A stretch of DNA of 64,000 bases, taken from Calditrichia bacterium (lineage in GTDB: Bacteria; Calditrichota; Calditrichia; JAJRVZ01). The position numbers were made by a program, and so were the translations under genes. The notes beneath the pieces were generated by a model. It did not search any database and was not told the DNA's origin. It saw nothing but the letters and a program-made list of their open reading frames with translations. Position 1 is the first letter of the stretch. Each line of letters begins with the position of its first letter. Below are positions 28,983-39,953 of the stretch, piece after piece. The DNA lies in NCBI GenBank assembly GCA_963796965.1, contig CAWCNS010000002.1:192001-256000 (forward strand), in the 5' to 3' direction.

Positions 28983-31394
28983 GTGCTTAAAAACTATTTT
29001 AAATCTGCATTGAGAAATCATGTAAAAAACAAGTGGAATTCGCTCATTAATATTTTCAGTCTGGCAATAGGAATTGCCTGTTGTATACTCATTTTTGTTT
29101 ATGTCTCTCATGAGTTCAGTTTTGACCAATTTCATGAAAATGGGGAAAATATCTACCAAATTTATTATTGTGCAGAAACCACAGAAAACGAAGTCTACAA
29201 TTTAAGTCTACATCCACATTCATTAGTTACTGAGCTTCAGAGTAATTATCCAGCAGTCAAAAATGCGACAGCCTTCCAACGGACAAGTGCGCTTACGGAG
29301 CATAATAACAAAAGATTTATAGAGCATTTTGCAAAGGTCGATTCTACCTTTTTATCCATGTTTAGTTTTCCGTTAATTGCCGGTGATCCCCAGAAGGCAT
29401 TATTAACCCACGACCAGGTGGTTATTTCAGAAAAAGTGGCAGAAAAATTTTTCGGCAACTTTAATAGCGATTATTCACAGATTATTGGAAAAGTGCTGAC
29501 TATTCATGGGTGGGAAGATAAAAAAGATTATATCATTAGTGGAATTTTGAAATCATTGCCCAAAAACTCTAGCCTAGAGTTTGACCTTTTGATGTTGGCG
29601 GAAGGAAATAGTTATTATAGCCGATCTAGCAACGCTTTTGGTGAACTCTCGGTTTTTATGGAGCTTAAAACGGGATATAACCCGGCGGATGTTGAAAAAT
29701 CATTACAACCACTAGTCGCAAAAATTTATGGTAAACCGGTAGACGAGTTAAAGGAGAAAGGTGTTTTAAAAGATACTGATGATTCTTTTATTCTTAAAAT
29801 TCAATCCTTAAAGGATGTTTATTTCAATACAAATATACACACCCGCTATGAATCACAAAGTGATAAAACCTATTCATATATTTTGATAGGTATCGGACTG
29901 TTAATATTAACCTTAGCCTGTATCAACTTTATTAATCTTTCAATTGGGCAATCTCTAACCAGAACATTAGAAGTTGGTATTAGAAAAGTATTGGGTGCGG
30001 GAAGAAAACATATTGTTATTCAATATTCGATAGAAAAAATTGTACTCATTATAGTGTCGCTTATTTTCGGATATACAATCGCAGAATTTTTATTACCAAT
30101 GTTTAATCAATTATCTCAAAAGGAATTATCAATTGATATCTTTAGTAATTTTGGGATTCCAATTTTCCTGTTCATTATCTTGCTAATATCCAGTTTTTTT
30201 GCCGCCGGGATCCCGTCCCTGGTTCTTTCAAGTTATACTCCCACAGGAGTTTTTAAGGCCTTATCAAAGCTTGGGGGGAAAAGTAGAATCAATTCTATAC
30301 TTGTTATCATACAATTTTTTCTCTCTATTGTTTTATTAACATCCGCATTTATAATGTCCCATCAAATTTCATATATGCAGAATAAGCAACTCGGATTTGA
30401 CAAAGATCAAATTGTTGTGATACCAATATCAAAGGACTTAAGTGATACCTATAAAACAAATATTTCATCCTACCCGGATATTATCAACGTTACGGGATGT
30501 GACCGAAATTTTTCAAACGGTAATAGCTCCAGAATTTTTCACACCCAATCCGGCAAGCCGATTCAGGTAAATATAATCCGGGTAGAAGAAGAATACGTTA
30601 ATACATTAGGCATTGATCTAATCGAGGGACGTGATTTCTCAGAATCATTTCCAGGAGATAAATTAAATTCCATCATTGTAAATGAAACATTAGTCAAAGA
30701 ATTTGATCTTCAAAGTCCCATTGGCACCATTTTAAACGGATATGCGTTCAAAGAACATAAGCCGGAAATCGTCGGTGTTGTCAAAGACTATCATGTCCAC
30801 TCATTGCGAGAAGAAATTCCACCTTCAATATTACATATGACGTCAGAGATAAATGGCCCATGGTCCATAATGGTAAAGATTAGAGCAAAAAATATCAGTA
30901 GAACCATCAACATTCTAAAAGAGCAATGGCATAAAACAGTACCAAACCGGGATTTTAACTATACATTTTTAAGTGACAATTTAAATTTGAAATATCAAAA
31001 CGAAGAACGCTGGCAGAAAATAACAGGGATCAGCACCTTATTTTCATTTATAATTTCTTCTATGGGACTTTTAGGATTGGTGATTATTATTATAAATGCA
31101 AGAACAAAAGAAATTGGCATTCGAAAAGTATTAGGTGCTTCAATAATTAACGTGATTGCCATATTAGGAAAAGATATAGCCAAATGGGTAATTATAGCCA
31201 ATTTAATCGCCTGGCCCATTACCTGGTATGCTATGAACCGTTGGCTTGAGAATTATGTGTACAAAATTGAAATCGCCTGGTGGTACTTTCTGCTGGCAGG
31301 TTTTGTAGCATTGATTATAGCATTAATTACCGTAAGTGTACAAACATTAAAAGCGGCACTTGCCAATCCTATTGAAGCCCTGCGGTATGAGTAA
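28983..31394 (+). CDS. ABC permease 5
   Basis: SD ggagg with GTG start MLKNYFKSA; ends ANPIEALRYE*. Confidence 0.92.
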   Translation: MLKNYFKSALRNHVKNKWNSLINIFSLAIGIACCILIFVYVSHEFSFDQFHENGENIYQIYYCAETTENEVYNLSLHPHSLVTELQSNYPAVKNATAFQRTSALTEHNNKRFIEHFAKVDSTFLSMFSFPLIAGDPQKALLTHDQVVISEKVAEKFFGNFNSDYSQIIGKVLTIHGWEDKKDYIISGILKSLPKNSSLEFDLLMLAEGNSYYSRSSNAFGELSVFMELKTGYNPADVEKSLQPLVAKIYGKPVDELKEKGVLKDTDDSFILKIQSLKDVYFNTNIHTRYESQSDKTYSYILIGIGLLILTLACINFINLSIGQSLTRTLEVGIRKVLGAGRKHIVIQYSIEKIVLIIVSLIFGYTIAEFLLPMFNQLSQKELSIDIFSNFGIPIFLFIILLISSFFAAGIPSLVLSSYTPTGVFKALSKLGGKSRINSILVIIQFFLSIVLLTSAFIMSHQISYMQNKQLGFDKDQIVVIPISKDLSDTYKTNISSYPDIINVTGCDRNFSNGNSSRIFHTQSGKPIQVNIIRVEEEYVNTLGIDLIEGRDFSESFPGDKLNSIIVNETLVKEFDLQSPIGTILNGYAFKEHKPEIVGVVKDYHVHSLREEIPPSILHMTSEINGPWSIMVKIRAKNISRTINILKEQWHKTVPNRDFNYTFLSDNLNLKYQNEERWQKITGISTLFSFIISSMGLLGLVIIIINARTKEIGIRKVLGASIINVIAILGKDIAKWVIIANLIAWPITWYAMNRWLENYVYKIEIAWWYFLLAGFVALIIALITVSVQTLKAALANPIEALRYE

Positions 31395-31399
31395 AGTTA

Positions 31400-31507
31400 G
31401 TAGAGCGAAAATCGTGAATGGTGGAGAGTAGAGTGAAGAGATACGAGAGAGGAGAATAATGATTGAGATAAAGGATCTCTCTTCCCTCCTCGCTCCCCTC
31501 TCCTCCT
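31400..31507. repeat. Purine/pyrimidine heptamer inverted-repeat element
   Basis: gagagtagagtgaagagatacgagaggaga ... tctctcttccctcctcgctcccctctcctcc. Confidence 0.6.
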
Positions 31508-31579
31508 TATGCGCCACAAAACGTATAACAGATGTTTGTTTCACGTACAGTGTTGGACGTTTCACTTTTTGGAGTAAAG

Positions 31580-34000
31580 ATGATAAAAAATTATCTAACC
31601 ATTGCATTTAGAAATATTTTAAAGAATAAATTATTTACAATAATAAATGTAGCTGGGCTTGCCATTGGCATGGCTGTTTGTTTTATCATTTACCTGTGGG
31701 TTCAAGATGAAATTAGTTATGATCAGTTCAATTCCAGGGCTGATAATATCTATCGTGTAGAAAGAAGATGGGATTTTCAGGATATGCATGGGCAGGGTGC
31801 CAACACATCGCCACCCTTTGGACCAGTTATGGTCCAGGATTACCAGGAAATTATAGATTTTGTCCGGCTCGAGAAAAAAGAAGTATTTATCAAAGACCAT
31901 CGAAATCTCTTCAGAAAACAAAAAGTTATGGTTTCTGATAATTCTATTTTTCAAATATTTGATTTTAAGCTTTTCAAAGGTGACCGCGAAAATGTATTAA
32001 ATCAGCCAAACACAATTGTCTTAACCCAAGAAATCGCTATGAAATATATGGGGACGAATAAGGCCATTGGTAAAACATTAACGATTCATTGGGAGGGTGA
32101 GCCTGTTGATTTTTTAGTAACTGGTATATTGAATGATGTTCCGGCTAACTCCCATTTTAATTTTGAGATTTTAATATCTATTTCTTCTTATCCGCCTGAA
32201 ATTCTAGATGAATGGTTCAACAATAATTTTTATACCTATATTATACTTCAGGATCATATTTCCGCCCCGGCTATGGAATTGAAATTTCCTTCTCTCCTGT
32301 CAAAATATCTTATGGCTGATTTTGCTGCATATTTCGGACCTGATATTGATGTTAATGATGTCTTCAAGATAAAGTTAAAACCTCTTACAGATATTCATTT
32401 AGAGCCCACACGAAATTTTGAAATTGCCCCACAGGGTAATAAAATGGCCGTATACAGTTTGTCCATTATTGCCATTCTCATTTTAACCATTGCCTGCATT
32501 AATTTTATTAATCTTTCGACAGCAAATGCGAATAAAAGAGCGCAAGAGGTAGGGATGCGCAAAGCGATTGGAGCAAGTCGCCACCAGTTATGGACACAAT
32601 TCCTGGGAGAATCATTTCTGTTGGCCTCTGTTAGTTGTATTATAGCTATTCTTATGATAGAATTTTTACTTCCAATTTTTAACCAAATATCCGGGAAAGA
32701 ATTCTCGGGATTTTTGATCTTCAAAGGAAAAAATCTTTTGATTCTTTTCCTCCTCTCCACAATTACGGGGCTCTTCGCCGGGATTTATCCCGCATTTATG
32801 CTCTCTGCTTATGATCCGATTAAAGCGATTAAAGGTTCGACAGATAAAACTTCGAACAGAATTAATTTCCGTAATGGTATGACCGTTATTCAGTTTGTTA
32901 TTTCTATTGCATTAATAATCAGTACCATCATCATTTATCAACAGATGCAATACTTTCAGAGTAAATCTCTGGGATTTGACAAGGAGAATGTAATCCTCGT
33001 GTCTACAGAATCTGAAGAGGTTAAGCACAAACTCCCGTCATTCCGAAATAGTTTAATCCAGAGTTCACATATCACTTCAGTATCTGGAACTTCAAATACT
33101 CTTGGGAATGATGTCTTTTGGGATACAAACTTTCGCCGGGATGACACAGATGAATTCTACAATTTATTATTGCTCTTAACAGACTATGATTTTATTAACA
33201 CCTACAATATGCGTCTATTGCATGGCAGAAATTTCTCACGTGAATATGTAACCGATAAGGAACATGCATTTCTTATTAATGAGCAAGCCGCAAAAACATT
33301 AGGCTATGCACCTGAGGAAGCTGTTGGAAAAAAACTTAGTATGACCCTTGGGACAGACGAGTTTAGAGAAAGTATCATTATTGGTGTCGTTGAGAATTTT
33401 CATTTTCAATCCCTCCATCGAAGAATCGAACCGCTTGTTATGTACATTGCGAATCCGGAGGACATCACTGTACTGGCGATTAAAGGTACCCAAGGGAATA
33501 TAGCGGAAATGATCGATCATCTTAATTTTACATGGGAGAAAATATATCCTTCTGAACAACTGGTATTTAGTTTCCTGGATAGCAGACTCGATCTTCTTTA
33601 TAAAAGTGAAGGGCGTATTCAGAATTTACTTACAATCTTCACGGTTTTATCTGTATTTATTGCTTCTCTTGGACTCTTAGGTTTGGCCATATATTCATCG
33701 GAAAGTCGAAGGAAAGAGATAGGCATTCGCAAGGTCGTTGGCGCCACTGTGACTGGGATTACCTTAATGCTTTCCCGGGATTTCACTAAATGGGTTCTAA
33801 TGGCGAATCTTTTTGCCTGGCCCGCCGCGTGGTATCTTATGAACCTATGGTTACAAAATTTTTCTTATAAAATTGAATTAGGATGGACCGTATTTATTCT
33901 ATCCGGATTCATCTCATTAATTATTGCCCTTATTACTGTGATTGCTCAAGCGATTAAATCAGCTGTTATGAATCCGGTTGAGAGTTTGAGGTATGAGTGA
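31580..34000 (+). CDS. ABC permease 6
   Basis: SD ggag, MIKNYLTIA start at 31580; ends MNPVESLRYE*. Confidence 0.92.
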   Translation: MIKNYLTIAFRNILKNKLFTIINVAGLAIGMAVCFIIYLWVQDEISYDQFNSRADNIYRVERRWDFQDMHGQGANTSPPFGPVMVQDYQEIIDFVRLEKKEVFIKDHRNLFRKQKVMVSDNSIFQIFDFKLFKGDRENVLNQPNTIVLTQEIAMKYMGTNKAIGKTLTIHWEGEPVDFLVTGILNDVPANSHFNFEILISISSYPPEILDEWFNNNFYTYIILQDHISAPAMELKFPSLLSKYLMADFAAYFGPDIDVNDVFKIKLKPLTDIHLEPTRNFEIAPQGNKMAVYSLSIIAILILTIACINFINLSTANANKRAQEVGMRKAIGASRHQLWTQFLGESFLLASVSCIIAILMIEFLLPIFNQISGKEFSGFLIFKGKNLLILFLLSTITGLFAGIYPAFMLSAYDPIKAIKGSTDKTSNRINFRNGMTVIQFVISIALIISTIIIYQQMQYFQSKSLGFDKENVILVSTESEEVKHKLPSFRNSLIQSSHITSVSGTSNTLGNDVFWDTNFRRDDTDEFYNLLLLLTDYDFINTYNMRLLHGRNFSREYVTDKEHAFLINEQAAKTLGYAPEEAVGKKLSMTLGTDEFRESIIIGVVENFHFQSLHRRIEPLVMYIANPEDITVLAIKGTQGNIAEMIDHLNFTWEKIYPSEQLVFSFLDSRLDLLYKSEGRIQNLLTIFTVLSVFIASLGLLGLAIYSSESRRKEIGIRKVVGATVTGITLMLSRDFTKWVLMANLFAWPAAWYLMNLWLQNFSYKIELGWTVFILSGFISLIIALITVIAQAIKSAVMNPVESLRYE

Positions 34001-34097
34001 TCAATGAACAATTATCAATAAACAATTATCAAAAATAATTAAATTATAAATTGATACAAAAAGCAATGATGATTGTTATAGATCATTGCTCAGTGAG
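33998..34097. repeat. Empty CAATNNN inverted-repeat element (same family as 20809-21138)
   Basis: tgat-caatgaa-caattat-caataaa-caattat ... tgatgattgttatagatcattgctcagtgag, with no gene inside. Confidence 0.7.
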
Positions 34098-34109
34098 AGG
34101 AGTGAGTAA

Positions 34110-36428
34110 ATGTATAAGAATTACCTAAAAACTGCTCTACAATACATCAAGAGACACAAGGGTTTTTCATTTATTAATATGAGTGGTTTGGCCTTGGCAA
34201 TTGCTTGCTCTATTCTTGTTTTTATATGGGTAGCACATGAGTTGAGTTTTGACCAGTTTTATAAAAATAAGTCTACACTCTGTGTCGCTTTTTTTGATAA
34301 TGGAAGTTGGACCACTCCACCCGCCTTAGCTAAATTTTTAAAGACACAATATCCTGAAATAGTTGATGCATCAAGATTTTCAAATGCAGGCAGAATTAAA
34401 GTCCAATATAACGAAAAAGTATTTATGGAGAGTGGCGGGGTACTGGTTGATCCTGCATTTATTGATATGTTTACATTGGACTTTATCCTTGGAAATTCTG
34501 ATAAAGTATTTACTCATCCATTTACTGTTCTAATTAGTGAATCCTTTGCAAAAAAATATTTTGGGTCAGATAACCCATTAGGAAAAACACTTGTTGCAGA
34601 TGGAATGGATTTTAAAGTTGAAGGCGTGATCAATGATTTCCCGCAAAATTCTCATATAGAGTTTGATTTTATTTTACCCTTTGAACTATTGAGCCAAATG
34701 GGTCGTGATTTGAATACCTGGAATAGTAATTGGCATCGCACCTACATTCAACTGAAACAACATGTGTCTTTATCTGACTTAAATGATAAAGTAATTAATG
34801 TTGTACGTAATCATCGTGAACAGGATCAGCGTGCTTTTTTACTAAGGCCAATTACTGAGATTTACCTTAATCGATTAGGTGGAGGAGGAAGGATAATTTT
34901 TGTTTATACATTTTCCATTATTGGTTTTTTAATTTTATTCATAGCCTGTATTAACTTTGTCAATTTATCTACTGCTCAAGCATCTGCACGGGCAAGAGAA
35001 GTAGGAATGAGAAAGACCCTTGGAGTGAATCGGATTGATCTAATAAAACAATTTTACAGTGAATCACTAATCTTTATATTTATTGCCTGGCTTATAGGCT
35101 TACTTATAGTAACACAAGTGTTACCCGAGTTTAATTCATTTACTGGAAAGAATTTCAGCATTTCCGATTTTATGACCATTCCGGTACTTTCCGGAATTAT
35201 TGGGATATTATTTGTTTCAGGCATTCTGGCCGGCAGCTACCCTGCTTATGTACTTTCTTCATACAAACCAATTTTAGTTTTAAAAGGCTTCCATAAAACA
35301 GGTAATAAAGGCTCACAATTTAGAAGAGTGATGGTTGTTTTTCAATTTTCACTCTCAATTATAATGATCTTTGGTTCTCTTGTTTTATATAATCAACTTG
35401 ATTACATAGAAACCATGCCCCTCGGATTTAATAAAGACAATATTATTACCATGAGGATTGATGGAAAAATAAATAATTTAGACACCTTCAAGAATGGTCT
35501 AATCAATCATCCAAATATTGAAAAAGTGACAACAACAAATGTCCCACCTTTCCGCTGGAATACCAATGCAGGGCAGGGTGATGTCCACTGGGAGGGACAG
35601 CAAAATTCCCAAATTAGAGTAGTGGAAACGACGGTAGATTATGATTATGCTGAAACATTTGGGATGGAGATAGTTGAAGGTCGGTTTCTTCAGAGAGATC
35701 GTGTAAGTGATGTGACTGATGCCTGGGTAGTTAACCAGGCTGCCGTAGAAGCGATGGGAATGGATGAACAATCGGGAAATGGTTAAGATTATGGAATAAT
35801 AAGAGAAAAATTGTCGGTGTTATAAAAAATTTCCATTTTGAATCATTACATAGCAAAATAATGCCAATGGCCCTGAGGATATCATCGAGTAATCCCTGGG
35901 CTTGTATTAAGATTAAAGCAAAAAACATCCCGGGCACCCTTAAACATATTGAGAAGATATGGAACAAATTCAGCCCTGACTATCCTTTTGAATTTCATTT
36001 TTTCGACGACCAAATCAAGGAACAATATAAGTTCGATCAAAGAATTCTCATCCTATTCAATTATTTTACATTTTTAGCCATTAGTATTTCTTGTCTTGGA
36101 TTATTTGGGCTATCTGCCTTCTTTGTACAGGACCGAACCAAAGAGATTGGTATCCGGAAAATTCTTGGAGCCTCGGTATCAGGCATCTTCTTAATTTTAT
36201 CCAGGGATTCTATTAAATGGGTGATTCTTGCTTCGCTTATTGCCTTGCCACTGGCATCAATTGCAGTTAGCGAATATCTTCAGTTATATGCTTATCATCT
36301 TTCGATTGGTTTATTCTATTATATAGTATCTGCAGCAATTGCATTCTTCATAGCGCTTGTGACAGTGAGCTGACCAAGTAACTAAAGCATCATTAACCAA
36401 TCCGATCAATTCGCTGAGGTATGAATAG
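34110..36428 (+). CDS. ABC permease 7 (frameshifts near 35770 and 36372)
   Basis: MYKNYLKTA start; ORFs 34110-35786 and 35861-36373; restored tail SYQVTKASLTNPINSLRYE* (TAG 36426-36428). Confidence 0.88.
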
Positions 36429-36508
36429 GTTCGGGGAGCGTGAAGCGTATGGCGGAAAAGAAGAGAGAGGAGTGAAGAGCGTAAAGGCTCGAGAGTAAAG
36501 TGTTAAGA

Positions 36509-36926
36509 GTAGGGGCGGTTCGCGAAACGCCCTATAGACATTATATCACAAAACGGTAGGGGCAGACCCGTGTGTCTGCCCAGTGAGAATAAAATATTAC
36601 AAAGGATCGATAGAACATGAGCTGGGATTGTCCACATTGGAATAATGATATCTGTGAATTAAATGGTATCACCTGCAAGCCGGGTAAGGGGCAGTGTGTG
36701 CTGAAGGGTCGGTTTGAGATAAAATCGGGGGAGAAGAAAAAAGAAGAGGGAGAAGAGAAGAGAGACAAGCTTGAATCGTAGCGACACGATTATCGCGTCG
36801 ACTAAAGAGGCAAAAATTGAGAGTAGGGGCGGCGTGGGTCCGTCCAATAATTGAAGAATGATAAATATTCAATATTCAACACGGAATATTCAATGATCAA
36901 TTAGGTGCGATCCCGTTTGGTCGCCC
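36509..36926 (+). repeat. Cluster of five GTAG-type REP-like palindromes
   Basis: 36509 gtaggggcggttcgcgaaacgccc; 36556 gtaggggcagacccgtgtgtctgccc; 36778 gtagcgacacgattatcgcgtcg; 36823 gtaggggcggcgtgggtccgtcc; 36901 ttaggtgcgatcccgtttggtcgccc. Confidence 0.7.
36617..36781 (+). CDS. Small four-cysteine protein (54 aa), below the ORF-track cutoff
   Basis: SD aaagga; MSWDCPHWNNDICELNGITCKPGKGQCVLKGRFEIKSGEKKKEEGEEKRDKLES*; spacing C-x7-C-x6-C-x6-C. Confidence 0.6.
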   Translation: MSWDCPHWNNDICELNGITCKPGKGQCVLKGRFEIKSGEKKKEEGEEKRDKLES

Positions 36927-37045
36927 AATAAGATTAATATTCAATTCTTTGTGATCTTTGAGTATACTTAGTGAACTTTGTGTTTATATTTTTGAAAAGT
37001 CAGAATGGATTGGAATTTTCCATATAACATTAATGGAGTATTTAT

Positions 37046-39463
37046 ATGATCAGGAACTATCTAAAGATCACTTTTCGCACATTGAAAAAGACTAAATTAT
37101 TTTCAACTATTAATATCCTTGGGTTGTCAATTGGTATGGCCGCCTGCCTATTGATATTACATTATGTGACCTTCGAGAACAGTTATGACATGGCACATAC
37201 CAATATCGATCAGACGTATCGCCTTCGATACGAGAGGACCAGTGAAGATGGCTCCGCCGTCCGGTTTGCCTCTTGCACACCTCCGGCGGGCGGGCTTATT
37301 CGACAGCGTTTTCCGGAAGTGGATGTGCTTGCCAGGATATTCCGTTATCGTGGTGTTGTCGTCTCCCATAATGACACAAAATTCACAGAGGAACGCGTAT
37401 TTCATGCCGAGCCTGAATTTATGGATATCTTCGATTTTCCGTTTGTTAAAGGTGATCCAAAAACTGCCCTGGCGGGTGTGGATAATGCTTTAATTTCAGA
37501 ATCAATGGCCAAGAAGTATTTTGGTTCCGAGGATCCCATCGGAAAAATTCTGAAAGTCGATCAAAAAACAGAATATCAGGTTGTTGGTATATTTAAGGAT
37601 GTGCCCGTCAACTCACATATAAAATTTGATTTTTTACTCTCCTTTGAAAACTTTGCAAAAAGTTCAGGCCCTGACTATATGGAAAACTGGGGTCATACTG
37701 GAATGTACACCTATGTTATCTTGAAATCCGGGACAGATATCAGTGAATTTAGAAGAAAGATTGCAGAATTAGTAGAATCAGAATTTGGGGAAGCACTTAA
37801 ATACTACAATATGGTCATGGAGTTGCCACTTCAGCCGGTAAGGGAGATTCACCTCACATCCCATTATATGCAGGAATTTGAAGTTAATGGTGATAAAAAA
37901 GCAGTAAATTTTCTTCTGATCATTGCTTTATTTATTATTATTATCGCCTGGGTTAATTACATCAATCTATCAACCGCCCGGTCTCTCACTAGAGCAAGAG
38001 AAGTTGGTTTACGAAAAACTGTGGGAGGTTCCCGAAGACAACTCATAATCCAGTTTTTCATTGAGACAATTGTATTAAATATTATAGCGTTAATGGTGAG
38101 TGTAATATTTATACAATTAGCCCTTCCCTTTTTCACTCAATTAACCGGTATGCCAGCGACATTCCCATTTTGGAGTCAATCCTGGGTTTGGATAATATTG
38201 CCTGCTTTGTTTCTTTTTGGCATCCTGCTTTCAGGATTGTATCCGGTTTTAAAATTATCTGCTTATCATCCAATTGCTACATTAAGGGGAAAAATAGGTA
38301 CATCGACCAAAGGAATAAGCATCCGCAAATCATTAGTAGTTTTTCAATATGTGATGGCTCTCGCTCTGATTACGAGCACGTTGACTGTCTATTCTCAAAT
38401 TAATTTTATGAAAAATCAAGCATTAGGATTTGATATCGATCAAACGCTTATTGTTAAAGCGCCAAGAGTGAAGGACGAAGCATTCGGTGAAAAGATAGTT
38501 ACTTTTAAAAATGTACTCTTAGCTAAAAACGAGGTGAATACAATATGCGTGGTAACAGAAGTGCCCGGTAAACAAATTTACTGGGATGCGGGGGGCATCA
38601 GAAAAGCAGGTGAAGACGCGAACAAGGGGAAGAACTACCAAATTGTGGGTGTTGACTATGATTTTGTGGATGTTTTTAAAGTTGAATTCGCTGCCGGGAG
38701 AAATTTCTCCAAAGACCATTCTTCTGATCAGGAAGCCCTGATATTGAATGAAACTGCCATCCACTGGATGGGATTTATAAATCCAAAAGAGGCTGTTGGC
38801 CAACAAGTAGATTACTGGGGTAATATTTTCACGATTATTGGGGTTATAAAAGACTACCATCAACAATCTCCCAAGCAGGCATTCGAACCACATATTTTCA
38901 GGTTAATGCCCGAGGGAAGACATAATCTTGGTCTGTTTGCCATAAAAATAAATACTGCTGATATAAATAAAACACTAACCATGGTTCAGGAACAATACAA
39001 TGTCTTTTTTCCTGGAAATCCATTTGATTATTTTTTCCTGGACACTTATTTTGATCAGCAATATAGGGCAGATATTCTTTTTGGACGCGTCTTCGGTATT
39101 TTCGGCGCCCTTGCCATTTTCGTGACAAGTATTGGGGTTCTTGGATTAATCGCATTTATGGTCACTCAGAGGACAAAAGAAATTGGAATTCGTAAGGTAT
39201 TGGGAGCAGATATCAGGCAAATTCTGCATATCCTCACTATTGAAATCGTCAAACTTATTATAATTTCATTCATTGTGATGATCCCAATTATGTACTGGGG
39301 TATTGATTTATGGCTGCAATCATTTGCCAATCGTATGGAACTTGGATATAGTTTGTTTATTTGGCCCTTGATTGTGACTCTGGTGATCACCGTCATTACC
39401 GTTGGAACCCATGTGGTGCGCGCCGCCATCGCCAATCCTGTCCAAGCATTAAGGTACGAATAG
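37046..39463 (+). CDS. ABC permease 8
   Basis: MIRNYLKIT start, VNYINLSTARS..RAREVGLRK; ends ANPVQALRYE*. Confidence 0.93.
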   Translation: MIRNYLKITFRTLKKTKLFSTINILGLSIGMAACLLILHYVTFENSYDMAHTNIDQTYRLRYERTSEDGSAVRFASCTPPAGGLIRQRFPEVDVLARIFRYRGVVVSHNDTKFTEERVFHAEPEFMDIFDFPFVKGDPKTALAGVDNALISESMAKKYFGSEDPIGKILKVDQKTEYQVVGIFKDVPVNSHIKFDFLLSFENFAKSSGPDYMENWGHTGMYTYVILKSGTDISEFRRKIAELVESEFGEALKYYNMVMELPLQPVREIHLTSHYMQEFEVNGDKKAVNFLLIIALFIIIIAWVNYINLSTARSLTRAREVGLRKTVGGSRRQLIIQFFIETIVLNIIALMVSVIFIQLALPFFTQLTGMPATFPFWSQSWVWIILPALFLFGILLSGLYPVLKLSAYHPIATLRGKIGTSTKGISIRKSLVVFQYVMALALITSTLTVYSQINFMKNQALGFDIDQTLIVKAPRVKDEAFGEKIVTFKNVLLAKNEVNTICVVTEVPGKQIYWDAGGIRKAGEDANKGKNYQIVGVDYDFVDVFKVEFAAGRNFSKDHSSDQEALILNETAIHWMGFINPKEAVGQQVDYWGNIFTIIGVIKDYHQQSPKQAFEPHIFRLMPEGRHNLGLFAIKINTADINKTLTMVQEQYNVFFPGNPFDYFFLDTYFDQQYRADILFGRVFGIFGALAIFVTSIGVLGLIAFMVTQRTKEIGIRKVLGADIRQILHILTIEIVKLIIISFIVMIPIMYWGIDLWLQSFANRMELGYSLFIWPLIVTLVITVITVGTHVVRAAIANPVQALRYE

Positions 39464-39534
39464 TTGGTATAGAGCCCCAACTCTAATTTATTCAAACCAC
39501 CTCATATGGAGGTGGAGATTTTGACAAAAGACAA

Positions 39535-39624
39535 ACCACAAAGGACACAAAGAAGGCACAAAGCACACAAAAAAATATTACTAATCCTTTGTGATCTTTG
39601 TGCCTTCTTCGTGAACTTAGTGGT
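39535..39624. repeat. Periodic CACAAAG inverted-repeat element (empty, well paired)
   Basis: accacaaaggacacaaagaaggcacaaagcacacaaa ... ctttgtgatctttgtgccttcttcgtgaacttagtggt. Confidence 0.8.
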
Positions 39625-39665
39625 AAAAAAATCTTAAGATATACTAAAAAGAAAGGTATACTTAA

Positions 39666-39924
39666 ATGGCCAGCATAAACATTCAACTGCCCACGATGGA
39701 TGCGGATCATTCAATAGAGATTGAGGTTCGCATTAACGGTAATAGAACAAAATACCATTATCGTGTTGAGACTTTTTCAATGGGATGAATGCATGGAACC
39801 TGAAAACCATGCCCAATGTCTAAAGGAAAAAATAAATAGCTATGATCAAAAATGGAGGTTGATCCAAATCGGCGGACCTACAGAAAAAAACATCCCTGTG
39901 ATGTTCAAACAAGTTGGTAATTAG
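39666..39924 (+). CDS. Small hypothetical protein (~85 aa) ending the efflux operon; one-base frameshift near 39771
   Basis: SD gaaagg; MASINIQLPTMDADHSIEIEVRINGNRTKYHYRVE joins LFQWDECMEPENHAQCLKEKINSYDQKWRLIQIGGPTEKNIPVMFKQVGN*. Confidence 0.65.
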
Positions 39925-39953
39925 ACAGAACGACTGATCTGAATTCAACAGAA

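Noticed and set aside
36541..36872. Minus-strand ORFs in the REP cluster, and other short antisense ORFs in the track
   Set aside because: Low-complexity translations of repeats or antisense shadows of well-supported genes.
18415..39463. Diversity-generating retroelement (repeated permease 3' ends plus an Avd-related four-helix-bundle remnant)
   Set aside because: No reverse transcriptase in the window. The repeated tails differ at all base types, mostly synonymously, not specifically at adenines.
18415..39463. Classical integron cassette array
   Set aside because: No intI or other tyrosine recombinase, and no consistent RYYYAAC...GTTRRRY attC sites in the spacers.
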